From: Candidatus Nanohaloarchaea archaeon
GTDB taxonomy: Archaea > Nanohalarchaeota > Nanosalinia > Nanosalinales > Nanosalinaceae
Length of the DNA: 64,000 nucleotides
Assembly (NCBI GenBank): GCA_014297435.1
Contig: JACOQA010000003.1
Coordinates: 64,001 to 128,000 of the forward strand
Reading direction: 5' to 3'
The notes beneath the pieces are model-generated. The model was not told the DNA's origin. It searched no databases and saw nothing but the letters and a program-made list of their open reading frames with translations. The position numbers were made by a program, and so were the translations under genes. Shown here piece after piece: positions 1 through 10,031 of this stretch. Position 1 is the first letter of the stretch. The number at the start of each line of letters is the position of its first letter.

Positions 1-1
1 C

Positions 2-238
2 GTTATCAGAACTCGTTACAACGCTCAGGCTGGAGATGCATCAGATCTGACAACTGACGGAGTCAGAACGTCTTACCTACTGAGCTCAGTAGGAAACTCT
101 GGCGGCATGCTTGAGCCAGGTAACGCAGTCACGATCAACACTGCTGTAGAAGTTCCACAGGGTGTTGCTCAAGGTAGCGTTGGACAGGGTAAGTTAACTG
201 TCCTAATTACGGCTGACACATCTCAGACCACAAATTAA
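2..238 (+). CDS. 3' end of a secreted/surface protein (partial, starts before window)
   Basis: Frame 2 is open from the window start: VIRTRYNAQAGD...INTAVEVPQGVAQGSVGQGKLTVLITADTSQTTN*, TAA at 236-238, followed by a T-rich tract. Confidence 0.7.
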   Translation, partial: VIRTRYNAQAGDASDLTTDGVRTSYLLSSVGNSGGMLEPGNAVTINTAVEVPQGVAQGSVGQGKLTVLITADTSQTTN

Positions 239-354
239 GCTGATTAAGTCAGTCTGATCAAAACCATTTTCTTTTCTTCTTTATCTTCCGACTAAAGTTG
301 AAGGACCACTGTAGAAAATCGGTTTTTTATTCAGTCTTTCTCAAATCGTTAGAT

Positions 355-1365
355 ATGACTAACCAATACATGGAGCTCTCGGAGGAAGAGATGGCCGAGA
401 AGGCTGACGAGTTCCAAGAAAAAATCCGTACGATGGAGAAAGAAGTCCAGAAAGGATACATTGGGCAGGAAGACGTTATCCACAAAATCCTTCTATGCAT
501 GGTTGCGAACGGCAACATTCTGCTTGAAGGCGTTCCCGGACTTGGAAAATCATTCCTTGTCGAGACCTTAGCACGAGTCGTAGAAGGCACAGAGATGCAT
601 CGTATCCAGTTCACACCGGACAAACTACCTTCAGATATTGTAGGTACTGAGGCATATAACGAGGACAAAGGTTTCTACGTTGAGAAGGGACCGATCTTCG
701 GAAACTTTATTTTGGCGGACGAGATTAACCGTGCTCCGCCGAAAGTTCAGAGTGCGATGCTTGAGGCGATGCAGGAGCACAAAGTTTCTATTGGCGATGA
801 GACATTTCATTTACCGGAGCCTTTCTTCACTATGGCAACACAGAACCCTGTAGAACAGGGAGGAACTTATCCGCTTCCGGAGGCACAGATCGACCGATTC
901 CTTTTCAAGATCTACTTGGATTATCCGAAGAAACATAACGAGCAGAAGATTATCGACATGAACGCAAACATAATGGACGAGGAAGACTTCGATGTTTCTC
1001 CTGTAGTCACTAAACAAGATGTGTTGGATATTCAGGATTTCTCTCAAGTTGTAACTGTTTCGGATGAGATCAAGGCTTACATCGTTGACCTTGTCGATGC
1101 TTCAAGAAATCCTGGTGACTACGGTATGGAGTACTCAGAGTACATCGATTGGGGCTGCACGCCGAGGGCTTCGATCAACCTTGCCTTAGCGGGCAGGGCG
1201 AACGCTCTCTACAACGGAAGACATTATGTCACACCAGAGGATATTCGTGCCGTAATCAAGGACGTCTTCATTCACAGAATTATTTTGAACTACGAGGGCG
1301 AAGCACAAGGACTTGAGGTAGAGGACGTTATCCAGAATATTGTTGACAGGGTTCCGGTGCGGTGA
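355..1365 (+). CDS. moxR: MoxR-family AAA+ ATPase
   Basis: Walker A GVPGLGKS, RIQFTPD..PSDIVG, Walker B ILADEINRAPPKVQSAMLEAM, ATQNPVEQGGTYPLPEAQIDRF; ATG at 355 preferred. Confidence 0.95.
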   Translation: MTNQYMELSEEEMAEKADEFQEKIRTMEKEVQKGYIGQEDVIHKILLCMVANGNILLEGVPGLGKSFLVETLARVVEGTEMHRIQFTPDKLPSDIVGTEAYNEDKGFYVEKGPIFGNFILADEINRAPPKVQSAMLEAMQEHKVSIGDETFHLPEPFFTMATQNPVEQGGTYPLPEAQIDRFLFKIYLDYPKKHNEQKIIDMNANIMDEEDFDVSPVVTKQDVLDIQDFSQVVTVSDEIKAYIVDLVDASRNPGDYGMEYSEYIDWGCTPRASINLALAGRANALYNGRHYVTPEDIRAVIKDVFIHRIILNYEGEAQGLEVEDVIQNIVDRVPVR

Positions 1366-1369
1366 TACG

Positions 1370-2263
1370 ATGCCAGATGTCGAGGACTACATCTCAAGAA
1401 AAGAAATCAGGGACGAGCTAGACGCCGAAGTCAAACGGGTTTCATCACTCTTCCGCTTCGTTCTCAAATACCAGAGACACTTCCAACCGAGCGGGGTAGA
1501 GTTCTCCGGACTAAGACAGTACCTTCCTTCCGATGATGCTTCAAGGATTGACTGGAAGAACTCTGCGGGAAAGGAAGATCTGTTTGTTAAACAGTACGAG
1601 GAAGAGCTTGACATGGACATCTTCATAGTTTTTGACGCTTCAGATACAATGCTGTTCGGTACGGCAGAGAAACTGAAGTCGGAGTACGCCGCCGTGGTTT
1701 CTGCAGCACTTTCCTTTGCTTCGATTGAGGCAGGTATCAACGTTGGATTCGGGATGTGGGCTGACGGACAGCAGATCTTCATGACACCTCAAGGTGGACA
1801 CGATAGATATCAAAGAATACTGGACGAACTGACAAAGCAGAAAAATTATGGTGGAAGCTTCAACCTTGAAAATGCTATAAACGATGTTATCGGACAGATA
1901 AAAGAAAACACTGCTATATTTGTTGTCTCCGACCTGATCGATGTGGAGGGCGAATGGAAATCAAAGGTAACGCTAGCTTCGATGAAGTTCCGGCACACTA
2001 TGACAATAATGGTGAGAGACCTGAGAGATTACAAGCTTCCAGACTCCGGAAATATACGTTTCGAGTCGGCTGATGGAATGAAACAGATGGTTGTCGATAC
2101 GGGAAGTGTAAGAGAGAAATATAATGAAGAAGCCCAGAAGCAGGAAAACGCAATCGAGGAAAAAGTGGAAGGTGCTGGGTCAAGTTTTTTGAAAATCGAC
2201 ACTAGGAAGAAGTTCTCTTCAAGGTTCGCGGAGTTCTTTGACAACGACGAAGGTGAATGGTAG
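1370..2263 (+). CDS. DUF58 / vWA-like MoxR partner protein
   Basis: GVEFSGLRQYLPSDDASRIDWKNSA...LFVKQYEEE and DASDTMLFG; directly follows moxR. Confidence 0.9.
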   Translation: MPDVEDYISRKEIRDELDAEVKRVSSLFRFVLKYQRHFQPSGVEFSGLRQYLPSDDASRIDWKNSAGKEDLFVKQYEEELDMDIFIVFDASDTMLFGTAEKLKSEYAAVVSAALSFASIEAGINVGFGMWADGQQIFMTPQGGHDRYQRILDELTKQKNYGGSFNLENAINDVIGQIKENTAIFVVSDLIDVEGEWKSKVTLASMKFRHTMTIMVRDLRDYKLPDSGNIRFESADGMKQMVVDTGSVREKYNEEAQKQENAIEEKVEGAGSSFLKIDTRKKFSSRFAEFFDNDEGEW

Positions 2264-3216
2264 GAATGCAGCTAATTTTCACAGATCAGTACGCATCAAT
2301 CCTGCTCGTTATGAACGCTCTCGCCCTCCTTTTCTACTATGGAGCTAAGAAAAAGAAACGTCAGAGAGCTATGAAGTTCGGAAACTACTCGACACTTCAG
2401 AAGGTTGCAGGTAAGAACTTTCTCAAGTCAAGCAACGTTATACTGGTAACCCGGATGCTGGCGTTAACCGCTTTAATCGTAGGGCTCTCCCAACCTGTTA
2501 TAGTCCAGGAAACCATGTCCTCCAACTCAGATTATATTATTGCTATGGACTCTTCAAGCTCTATGCTTGAATCGGATCTCGAACCCACAAGATTCAGGTC
2601 ATCGAAAACAATTTCTCAGGACTTTATTTCAAGACTGTCGAACCAGACGAGGGTTGGCGCGGTAAGTTTCGCAGGAGAGGTGAATAAAGAATCAGGTTTG
2701 ACTTCTGAAAAGCAGCAGGTATCTATGGATATTGAAAACACTGAGATCGGTTCCACTGCAGGTACCGCTATCGGAGACGCACTATACACATCAAGTTCTA
2801 TGCTTCTTGAGACAAACCGTTCAAGAACCGTGATTCTGATTACGGATGGTCGTAACAACGTTGGAAGCCCTCTGAACGAGTCTGTTGAGTTTGCGAATAG
2901 TCATAACGTGGAGATTAATACTGTCGGGATAGGCGAATCAAACCGTTCGACAGAGAACTTTGGAACCGTTGATGGACAGAACGCTTCAAAAGCCGAGTTC
3001 CCTAACCTGAACGCATCTAAACTGAGAAATATATCCAACTCGACAGGAGGAGAATTTGTGACAGCCTCAAACAGTACGAGTTTAGAAAATGCTTTCCTCA
3101 GTTTTGAGCAGAAAGATGAGAGACGTCCAATATCCCGTTATTTCATCCTACTTGGCGCGGCTTTATTGCTTATCGAGTGGATTCTGGGAACAACCCGATA
3201 CAGCATCCTACCTTAA
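2257..3216 (+). CDS. BatA-like membrane vWA-domain protein
   Basis: N-terminal TM segments, MIDAS-like DSSSSM, GTAIGDAL, ILITDG, C-terminal TM. Confidence 0.88.
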   Translation: MVGMQLIFTDQYASILLVMNALALLFYYGAKKKKRQRAMKFGNYSTLQKVAGKNFLKSSNVILVTRMLALTALIVGLSQPVIVQETMSSNSDYIIAMDSSSSMLESDLEPTRFRSSKTISQDFISRLSNQTRVGAVSFAGEVNKESGLTSEKQQVSMDIENTEIGSTAGTAIGDALYTSSSMLLETNRSRTVILITDGRNNVGSPLNESVEFANSHNVEINTVGIGESNRSTENFGTVDGQNASKAEFPNLNASKLRNISNSTGGEFVTASNSTSLENAFLSFEQKDERRPISRYFILLGAALLLIEWILGTTRYSILP

Positions 3217-3247
3217 ACCCTTATTTAATACCTCATAATTATGGTTC

Positions 3248-4771
3248 ATGACTGAGGAAAACACCGAGAGTCTCGAGCCAGATGAAGTCATAAAGATCGT
3301 GAAGGGAACAGTTCCAGAACTAAAGGAAGAGTTAAGAGAAGAAGATTTTTCTCATCAGCAGCTTCAAAAAATACTCAGGTCTGAGAAAGCGCTTAAAGAT
3401 CGTAAAACAGCTAAGAACTTTATTAATAAACAAATAAATGCGCTAGAAGTTAAAGAAGAACTTAATGGAGCCGAGAAAGAAATCAAGAAACTTGAGGAAC
3501 GTCTTGGTAATATAGAAGATATAGAGGGCTTTCATACAGCGGCAGAAGCATCCGATATAGACTCTGAAGAACTGCTGGAGGTTGCAAACTCCACCGTTGA
3601 AGATTTAGAGGAGTTTATAGAAACTAAAAAGATAACTCGCGACAATCTGGAAACACTTCTCAGTATTGAAAAAGATGCCAAGAACCGTAGAACAGCGATA
3701 AAACTTCTAGAAAGAAAGATAGAGAAGAGGAAAGGTGAAGAAAAACTGGAGAAAGCCGAGGAAGATCTTGAAGAATTTGAAGAAGATCTCGAGGAAATTG
3801 ATCCAGAGGAGCTTGCAGATGAAGCACTTGGCGACATACCTGAAGATTCATATGATAAGGCGAAAACGGAATCTAAAGAGGAAAGCCAATCAAAAGAGAA
3901 AACAGAAAAATCTGATAAGACGGAAGAGAGGAGTGAGGAAGAATCAGAAGAGGCCGAAGAAGCTGATGAAGAGGATTCCGATGAAAAGGAGCAAAAGGAA
4001 GAGAATCTGGAAGAAGATGAACAGGTTTCCGAGAAAGAGAAGAAGCAGGAACTTGCTGAAGACATAGACCTTCCAGAAGGTGTTAACTTGGAAGATATCA
4101 GTCTTGAGGATCTTAAGGAGCTTAAAAATGAGAAAAATGAGCGTGAACAACTTATACAGGATTTGATGGAAGAAGGTCTGAACGAAGAAGAACTGCGTAA
4201 TACTTCAACTTCTGATCTTAAGACAATCAAGGATGAGATGTCTGATAAATCGGAGAACGAAGAACAGGAAGATGAAAAGCAAGAAGAGCAGGACAGTGAA
4301 GAACTGAAAGAGGAAGCTGAGCACGATCTTGAGATGCTGATGGGCGCTGTAAAAGATTCCGAAGATGCTTCCGATGAGGACTCGGGTCCGAGCGCCATGG
4401 ACCAGCTTAGAGACGTTAAATCAAAAGTTACGAATGTTTTCAACCGCGGAAGCAATTCAGAAGAATCTGACGAACGAATCGAAGCTGAAGACGTAATCGA
4501 GCTACTAGAAGACTACCGAGAGGAAGACAAGAGAGAGGCTGCTATAAAGACAGCGCAAATCATGAAAGGTTATCTAGAATATTCTAGAGGGATAGAGAGG
4601 GAGATGACTTACAAGGAGCTTTCTGAAAACCTTGAATCTGACTCAGATGAGATGGAGAAGCTGAAAAGCTTCTTTGAAAGAATGAATACTGATCAGTACA
4701 CCGGCAATATCAGAGAAGATGATATTGGCGAGGTAATTGACTGTGCGGAAGAAGTTGTGAACTCAGGTTAA
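3248..4771 (+). CDS. Very acidic coiled-coil protein with internal repeats
   Basis: 507-aa E/D/K-rich ORF with two copies of a TV.EL...E...K.R.TA module. Confidence 0.75.
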   Translation: MTEENTESLEPDEVIKIVKGTVPELKEELREEDFSHQQLQKILRSEKALKDRKTAKNFINKQINALEVKEELNGAEKEIKKLEERLGNIEDIEGFHTAAEASDIDSEELLEVANSTVEDLEEFIETKKITRDNLETLLSIEKDAKNRRTAIKLLERKIEKRKGEEKLEKAEEDLEEFEEDLEEIDPEELADEALGDIPEDSYDKAKTESKEESQSKEKTEKSDKTEERSEEESEEAEEADEEDSDEKEQKEENLEEDEQVSEKEKKQELAEDIDLPEGVNLEDISLEDLKELKNEKNEREQLIQDLMEEGLNEEELRNTSTSDLKTIKDEMSDKSENEEQEDEKQEEQDSEELKEEAEHDLEMLMGAVKDSEDASDEDSGPSAMDQLRDVKSKVTNVFNRGSNSEESDERIEAEDVIELLEDYREEDKREAAIKTAQIMKGYLEYSRGIEREMTYKELSENLESDSDEMEKLKSFFERMNTDQYTGNIREDDIGEVIDCAEEVVNSG

Positions 4772-4774
4772 AGC

Positions 4775-5296
4775 ATGAACCCTCCTAAGTATATAGAAGA
4801 TCTTGAAAGCTCTGAGAGACGAAAAAACTACTTTAAACATATTACAGTCTCTCTAAGTATAGTAGTTTCTTTTCTTATTGTCGGTCCTCTGGTTCATGAG
4901 GTCGCTCATCTGGGCGTATTAATTCTGCAGAACTGCAGCTATTCCACCAGCTTTAATCTTACTTTACTAAAAGGGATTTATGCTTCGGTAACTCCTTACT
5001 GTTCTCCCGAAACTCTTGGAGTATCGATATTTTACGCCTCGGGCTATGTGTCTACCCTCATTTTCTCCGGTCTTGCTCTCTTACCGAAAAAGTTTCGTGA
5101 ACATCTTTCAGGCATAGCTATAGGTTCAGCTCTCTCAGTACTTACAACTATAGGTTCGAAAGGCGATATCCAGAACTTATCTCAGTCAGCAGGAATCGAA
5201 AACACTATAGTCTTAATCTCGTTATTCATTATACCTGCTTTAGTTGTTAGCCTTCTTGGTGTGAAGAGAATTGTTGATCTAGAAGGGGAGGAATGA
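4775..5296 (+). CDS. Membrane protein with HExxH motif (M50-like metallopeptidase candidate)
   Basis: TM-embedded VHEVAH, several TM helices, later GD motif. Confidence 0.55.
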   Translation: MNPPKYIEDLESSERRKNYFKHITVSLSIVVSFLIVGPLVHEVAHLGVLILQNCSYSTSFNLTLLKGIYASVTPYCSPETLGVSIFYASGYVSTLIFSGLALLPKKFREHLSGIAIGSALSVLTTIGSKGDIQNLSQSAGIENTIVLISLFIIPALVVSLLGVKRIVDLEGEE

Positions 5297-7009
5297 AACG
5301 CTGAAGACCCCGTAGTAGCTCAATGTCATGTAAAGCAGTATGAAAACCTCTCCCATAAGCAAGAATACGAATGGGGCTCTTGCCAGAACCGAGTCTGCAT
5401 CCATTCTATTCTTCAGTATAGCGTAAAGAGCCAGAAGGATGGTCCAGATGATCGCCACTACCGGAGGTCTATCTTCCTGCGGGATTAATCCTTCTTCAGG
5501 TGTTATGCTGAAGTTGATGTTGCTGAATGAGTATGCTCCGTCCGCACTCGACACTATCATCGTTGCGTTACAGGTTTCTGCGGAGTTTGCAGCCTTTATA
5601 GAGAGATCAAGCGAACCTGACTCGTTTATACCCAGGCTGTCGATCGTTCCTGTCTCGACCACTCCACAGTCTTCAGTGTTCTGAAATCTTGCGGTAATGT
5701 TTTGTAGAGGTTTTCTACCGGTGTTCTGGATCAGTATTGGAAGAGGTTGGGTCGCATTAGTTTTTACTGAGACGGAACTCGGAGCTTCCTGTATTGAAAC
5801 CTTTGAAGTGAAGTTATCCTGCTTCACATCTACAGTGAAGTAGTCGAGATCTAGATCTGTTTGAGGGTTCGTTGCTCTCACAGGAATAATGTATCTGCCC
5901 GGTTCTTGATCTTCTGGGGGTCTAACAAAAACTTCACGTGTAACGTTTTCTCCGGCAGAGAGATTAGCGACCTCTGCATTCCTTACCTGCCAGTCGGGTC
6001 TTGTCTCAGTTATTTCAGGTGTTATCTCAATGTCGCTAGCAGTAGCATTACCTATATTCTGTACATAGAGTTGTGCCGGAGCGAAGCTTCCCTGTGTCGC
6101 GTCATAAGAGCTATTTACAGGCTCAATATCTATTTTTAGAACCGGCGCTCTTGACTGACCGGGATTAGGATTGTCTCCTGGCGTTGGTTCAGGTACTGGC
6201 TCCGGTTCCGGTTCCGGGACCGGTGTCTCTCCAGGATTAGGATTATCTCCTTCTACAGTAGTGTTTGATTCTTCTCCGGTCTGGTTAGCGTCTTGCGGCT
6301 GGGTTACATCGCTCGTAGAGTTACCTGTTTTGTTTCCAATTGTAGCGTTTGTGTCTCCAGTATCGTTAATATCTTCAGGGGTCGGTTCACCCGTGTTGTT
6401 TGCGGTATCGGTTCCTCCGGATTCGCCTAATGTATCAAGTATAGCAAAGTTAGCGAAACCCTCGTTGCTCTTCTCTTTAACTGTATTATTTTCGAATTGG
6501 CAAGTGTAGTTAAAATCCAGCCTTCCAGTATAGTTACCTCCGCCATAATCTGTGATTGCTCGGAACTGTCTCATGTAGAAGGCTTCGGTATCTTCATCTG
6601 CAGTAACATTCGCATCCTCTGAAGTGATGTAGTGTGGTATAAAGTAGGTTTCAGAGTACTCAACAGTATCGTTTGTCTGGTTGTTTAAGGTCTGCAGACT
6701 GAGGTCTATAGGCTCTCCCGTAGGCTCACCTGGCTCCCATACATCGGGTTCCCTTGTAACTTCCATCGAAACGTTAACAGAAATGTTAGCGTTTCCAGTA
6801 TTGAATATAGTTGTGCTGAAGAATCCTTTCTCTCCAATACCCATGTAAGAAGGTTCTGTCGATGTGTTACCAGGAGACGAAATATCAGTAAAGCCTATAC
6901 TGCAAGTGCTATCTGTGGAAACACCTACGTTCGAGTCTTCGGCCGAAGCTCCAAAGCTCATCAAAACAAGTACTAGTAGCACAGCATAGGTCAGTACAGC
7001 TTTTTTCAT
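5279..7009 (-). CDS. Secreted, C-terminally anchored multi-Ig-like (CARDB/NEW3-like) glycoprotein with Pro-Glu linker
   Basis: Signal peptide, repeated 'N.G' Ig-strand motifs (FNTGNA, VQNIGN, IQNTGR), PEPEPEP linker, many N-x-S/T sequons, two C-terminal TMs. Confidence 0.75.
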   Translation of the reverse strand: MKKAVLTYAVLLVLVLMSFGASAEDSNVGVSTDSTCSIGFTDISSPGNTSTEPSYMGIGEKGFFSTTIFNTGNANISVNVSMEVTREPDVWEPGEPTGEPIDLSLQTLNNQTNDTVEYSETYFIPHYITSEDANVTADEDTEAFYMRQFRAITDYGGGNYTGRLDFNYTCQFENNTVKEKSNEGFANFAILDTLGESGGTDTANNTGEPTPEDINDTGDTNATIGNKTGNSTSDVTQPQDANQTGEESNTTVEGDNPNPGETPVPEPEPEPVPEPTPGDNPNPGQSRAPVLKIDIEPVNSSYDATQGSFAPAQLYVQNIGNATASDIEITPEITETRPDWQVRNAEVANLSAGENVTREVFVRPPEDQEPGRYIIPVRATNPQTDLDLDYFTVDVKQDNFTSKVSIQEAPSSVSVKTNATQPLPILIQNTGRKPLQNITARFQNTEDCGVVETGTIDSLGINESGSLDLSIKAANSAETCNATMIVSSADGAYSFSNINFSITPEEGLIPQEDRPPVVAIIWTILLALYAILKNRMDADSVLARAPFVFLLMGEVFILLYMTLSYYGVFSVSFLPF

Positions 7010-7714
7010 TCAGATCATCCTGATTATGTAGATACCGGTTCCGATTATGCCTAAAACCAGTAGAAAGGTCAGATCTGACCCAGTATCTTCAGAAATAGTT
7101 TGACTCTCTCCGTCTTTATACCTTTTCGAGCTATTACTATCTGAACTCGTATTTTCCATAGTTATATTCTCTTTATCATCTTTCTCTTCGTAGGTATATT
7201 CGACCTCTGGATCCTTATAGCTATCCTCTTCGACCACTTTCGTATCCATAGGAACTAGTGGATCAACTTCTGCATCGAAAGTTTTATCGAGAACAGCTAC
7301 AACACGGTTGGATATAGAGTAAGAGGAATTGGTTTGTTTAAGACCTCTAACCGTTATAGGAAGTTTGAAGTTGTTATCGTTTCTGTAACGATTTACATCT
7401 AGATCTAAAGTTATGGTTCGGAGTTCGAAATAGTTGCCGTCTAGATAGTAAAGGTTTTCCGTATTCTCGGGGTTTTCTACAATACTTGGCTTTAGAGTTA
7501 TATTTTTACCTTCCAGGCTGAATTCTGAAGTGTTTCTGCTCTCTACAACGACTTGTAAAGGTTGCTCGCCAGTGTTAAGAAGCTGGAGATCCATTTTTGA
7601 GTCAAGACTGTTTATCCTTATGTTTGAGGAAGAATCAACGATTCCTAGGCTTGCTAAACCGGAAGAAATCATCCCTGGAATAAAGAGTATGATCAATATT
7701 TTTCGTTTATTCAA
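7010..7714 (-). CDS. Secreted Ig-like protein with C-terminal membrane anchor
   Basis: Signal peptide, LLNTGEQPLQV strand motif, acidic/Ser-rich stalk, C-terminal TM. Confidence 0.7.
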   Translation of the reverse strand: MNKRKILIILFIPGMISSGLASLGIVDSSSNIRINSLDSKMDLQLLNTGEQPLQVVVESRNTSEFSLEGKNITLKPSIVENPENTENLYYLDGNYFELRTITLDLDVNRYRNDNNFKLPITVRGLKQTNSSYSISNRVVAVLDKTFDAEVDPLVPMDTKVVEEDSYKDPEVEYTYEEKDDKENITMENTSSDSNSSKRYKDGESQTISEDTGSDLTFLLVLGIIGTGIYIIRMI

Positions 7715-7720
7715 AGCTAT

Positions 7721-9040
7721 TCAACCCGTTAAGTTGGCTTTAAAGTAGATTTTTCCGGTATAGTCGTCCTGTATTAATCCTTGAGGTATGTCAAGCCAGA
7801 AGTAGGAAATTATTGACGACCCTGGTTTTATTTGCTGATCTATTAGGCTGTAGTTCTGAGAAAGCGGGGTTTCCGTAGACACATCGTTGGTTAAACTATA
7901 TGATAGGTTGCCTGCGCCTATAGAATACTCGTTTGGTTTGCTATTTGATTTCAGAGGATCTGCTTTCGTCCAGAGCTTATCAACTGTATTGCTACGTTGA
8001 GGTACCGAGACTTCGTAGCCATCAGAATTATTGAGAGCTGGATTGTCCTCAGTTCCAGGCGATAAAGCTCCAAAGTCCATGCTGCTCCATCCCAAGTTGA
8101 TCAACGCAAGACCGGTTACCTCAACCAGCTTATCCGGCGAATCCTGTGAATCAATCTTTGAATAAGAAGAACTTGAGTTGATATCAAGCAGACGGAAACT
8201 TCCTCTCTCACCCGTCGAGTTTACATCCCAGCTCAAACTACAGGATTCTCCCGAAGACAGAGCACAGCTCTTTTCTGAAGAACCAGTCAAGTAGAAAGGC
8301 TTCGAAAACTTATCGGAAATTAGTGTATCTGCAGTCGAAGATTCGTTGTATCTGGGCGTTATGTAAACTGTGCCACAATCTCCATTAGAGCATGATATTG
8401 AAGCGTTAAGGTCGAATGTTTTGTTCTGCGTTACCGAGATATCATTCTTCGGATCCTCAAAAATGAGATCTATATTACCAAGCTTGGTTACATTAAGTTG
8501 ATGGTTTTCCCGACTTCCAGACATGTTAGACGAGTCATTAACCTCAAAGCTTTGATCATACAGTTGAGAAGACTGTGAAGATATGTTTACGATATATTTG
8601 GCATACATTACTTCTCCAGAGTTGAGCGTCCCTCCTTTCAAAGTATTCCAGGACACTTTTCCCGAATTAGAGGTTCCTGAGTCATAGTCTTGAGATATAT
8701 TATACCAGATCTTTTTCACATCCCAGGAGTTATCTAGACCGTCATGAAACAGGCTGTCGGACTCGTTTAGCTCCCATGACTGACCCCCCTCGTTTGTTAT
8801 ACGGAAATCGAACCTGTATAAGCCAGAGTAGCTCTGATTAAGTTCAAAGGTAGTGTTAAGACCTTCATCAATCTTGACGCCACCTGTCTCTTTCTGTGCT
8901 TCGGAGAGATATGTAACGTTGTGAACGCTTACTTGAGTTACGTTAGGCAGAGTGCCTTCAGTTGATCCAAAGGTATCTGCAGAGACACCGCCAGAAACCA
9001 GTATCGAAAGAAAGAGTAGAAGGCTTATCTTCTTATTCAT
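7721..9040 (-). CDS. Secreted Ser/Asn-rich multi-domain glycoprotein
   Basis: Signal peptide MNKKISLLLFLSILVSGGVSA, many sequons, paired Cys, C-terminal YFWLDIPQG...YTGKIYFKA strand; no TM anchor. Confidence 0.75.
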   Translation of the reverse strand: MNKKISLLLFLSILVSGGVSADTFGSTEGTLPNVTQVSVHNVTYLSEAQKETGGVKIDEGLNTTFELNQSYSGLYRFDFRITNEGGQSWELNESDSLFHDGLDNSWDVKKIWYNISQDYDSGTSNSGKVSWNTLKGGTLNSGEVMYAKYIVNISSQSSQLYDQSFEVNDSSNMSGSRENHQLNVTKLGNIDLIFEDPKNDISVTQNKTFDLNASISCSNGDCGTVYITPRYNESSTADTLISDKFSKPFYLTGSSEKSCALSSGESCSLSWDVNSTGERGSFRLLDINSSSSYSKIDSQDSPDKLVEVTGLALINLGWSSMDFGALSPGTEDNPALNNSDGYEVSVPQRSNTVDKLWTKADPLKSNSKPNEYSIGAGNLSYSLTNDVSTETPLSQNYSLIDQQIKPGSSIISYFWLDIPQGLIQDDYTGKIYFKANLTG

Positions 9041-9077
9041 CTGCTTAGAACACTTTTCTGCCTCGATCTTATTAAAT

Positions 9078-9518
9078 CTAGATGAAGCGTATCGAGATGC
9101 CGGCAACCTCCCCCATTATCGCCACAAGCGCCAGCCACTGATATGAAGTATAGTAGGCTTCCAGCCCTGATTCCGTTGTCTCAAGCGATTCGAAAGATGA
9201 TCCTGCCTCATTGATTCTTCTGGCCGCAGTCAGAATCCTTTCAGCAACTGGTGTGCCGGTACGTGAAAGAGCATCGAGATCTGACTGGAACTCGTTTGAA
9301 TTGATTATTGCCGTTGCCTCCGAAATCTTTGCGTTTGATGATTTCACGTCCTGTAAAGCAGAATTGAAACTTAATGCGCCGTGGATAGATACGATTAGTA
9401 GAGCGGTGGATGCAATTATAGTTATCTTGCTCAGTTCAAATCTTTCGATTCCATAGGTTTCGTGGACGTCCTCTAGCTTCCTCTCGATGTTTGAAAGCTT
9501 TGATTTCTTGGACTCCAT
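9078..9518 (-). CDS. Hypothetical 2-TM membrane protein
   Basis: 146-aa ORF with two hydrophobic helices, co-oriented with the surface-protein cluster. Confidence 0.6.
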   Translation of the reverse strand: MESKKSKLSNIERKLEDVHETYGIERFELSKITIIASTALLIVSIHGALSFNSALQDVKSSNAKISEATAIINSNEFQSDLDALSRTGTPVAERILTAARRINEAGSSFESLETTESGLEAYYTSYQWLALVAIMGEVAGISIRFI

Positions 9519-9601
9519 AACCCGGATTTATTTGTGGCGGTTTAAATTGTGCACGGCAAGACACCGGGGTCGTTTAAAAATTTCCAGCCGTTGTTAGTAT
9601 T

Positions 9602-10006
9602 ATGGGAATAAAGCTTTGGATGGTTTTCGAGGCAGTAGCCGCTGAGAAAGCTGATGTAGAGGAATCTTTAGAAGATCACGTAGACGCTATGAAGTCCGAA
9701 GACGATATAGATATAATTGAAATTGAAAAGGACGAAACAGAGAGGATGGAAGATCCGCATCCAAGTCTTGACGAAGGCTACTCTCAAGTATTAGAGATGC
9801 GGGCAGAGTTCGGATCCTTCCCCAAGGCAGTAGAAACAGTAATCAACTACGGTCCGACATACGTACAGGTCGAAGGTCCTGACTCCTACACTATGGATCT
9901 GGCAGAGTCACAGGAAAGTCTTCAGAGTGTCGCGAAGACTATGCATAAGTACGCGCAGATGGGTGCAGGAGGAGTGCTTATTTCCAAAGCCGGAGACGAA
10001 AACTAG
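9602..10006 (+). CDS. Acidic hypothetical protein
   Basis: 134-aa ORF with typical codon/acidic bias; YGPTYVQVEGP motif. Confidence 0.7.
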   Translation: MGIKLWMVFEAVAAEKADVEESLEDHVDAMKSEDDIDIIEIEKDETERMEDPHPSLDEGYSQVLEMRAEFGSFPKAVETVINYGPTYVQVEGPDSYTMDLAESQESLQSVAKTMHKYAQMGAGGVLISKAGDEN

Positions 10007-10031
10007 ACGGCTCAACACCGAGGTTTCACGA

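Noticed and set aside
3532-4455. Long antisense Ser-rich ORFs (also 41230-41802, 50950-51402, 54204-54698 and many others)
   Set aside because: Shadow frames of Glu/Asp-rich genes (GAA/GAG read as TTC/CTC/TCx); no independent coding signal
6150-6260. Short tandem repeats (GGTTCC)n and a duplicated GDNPNPG
   Set aside because: They encode the Pro-Glu linker of the surface protein; not CRISPR or a mobile repeat
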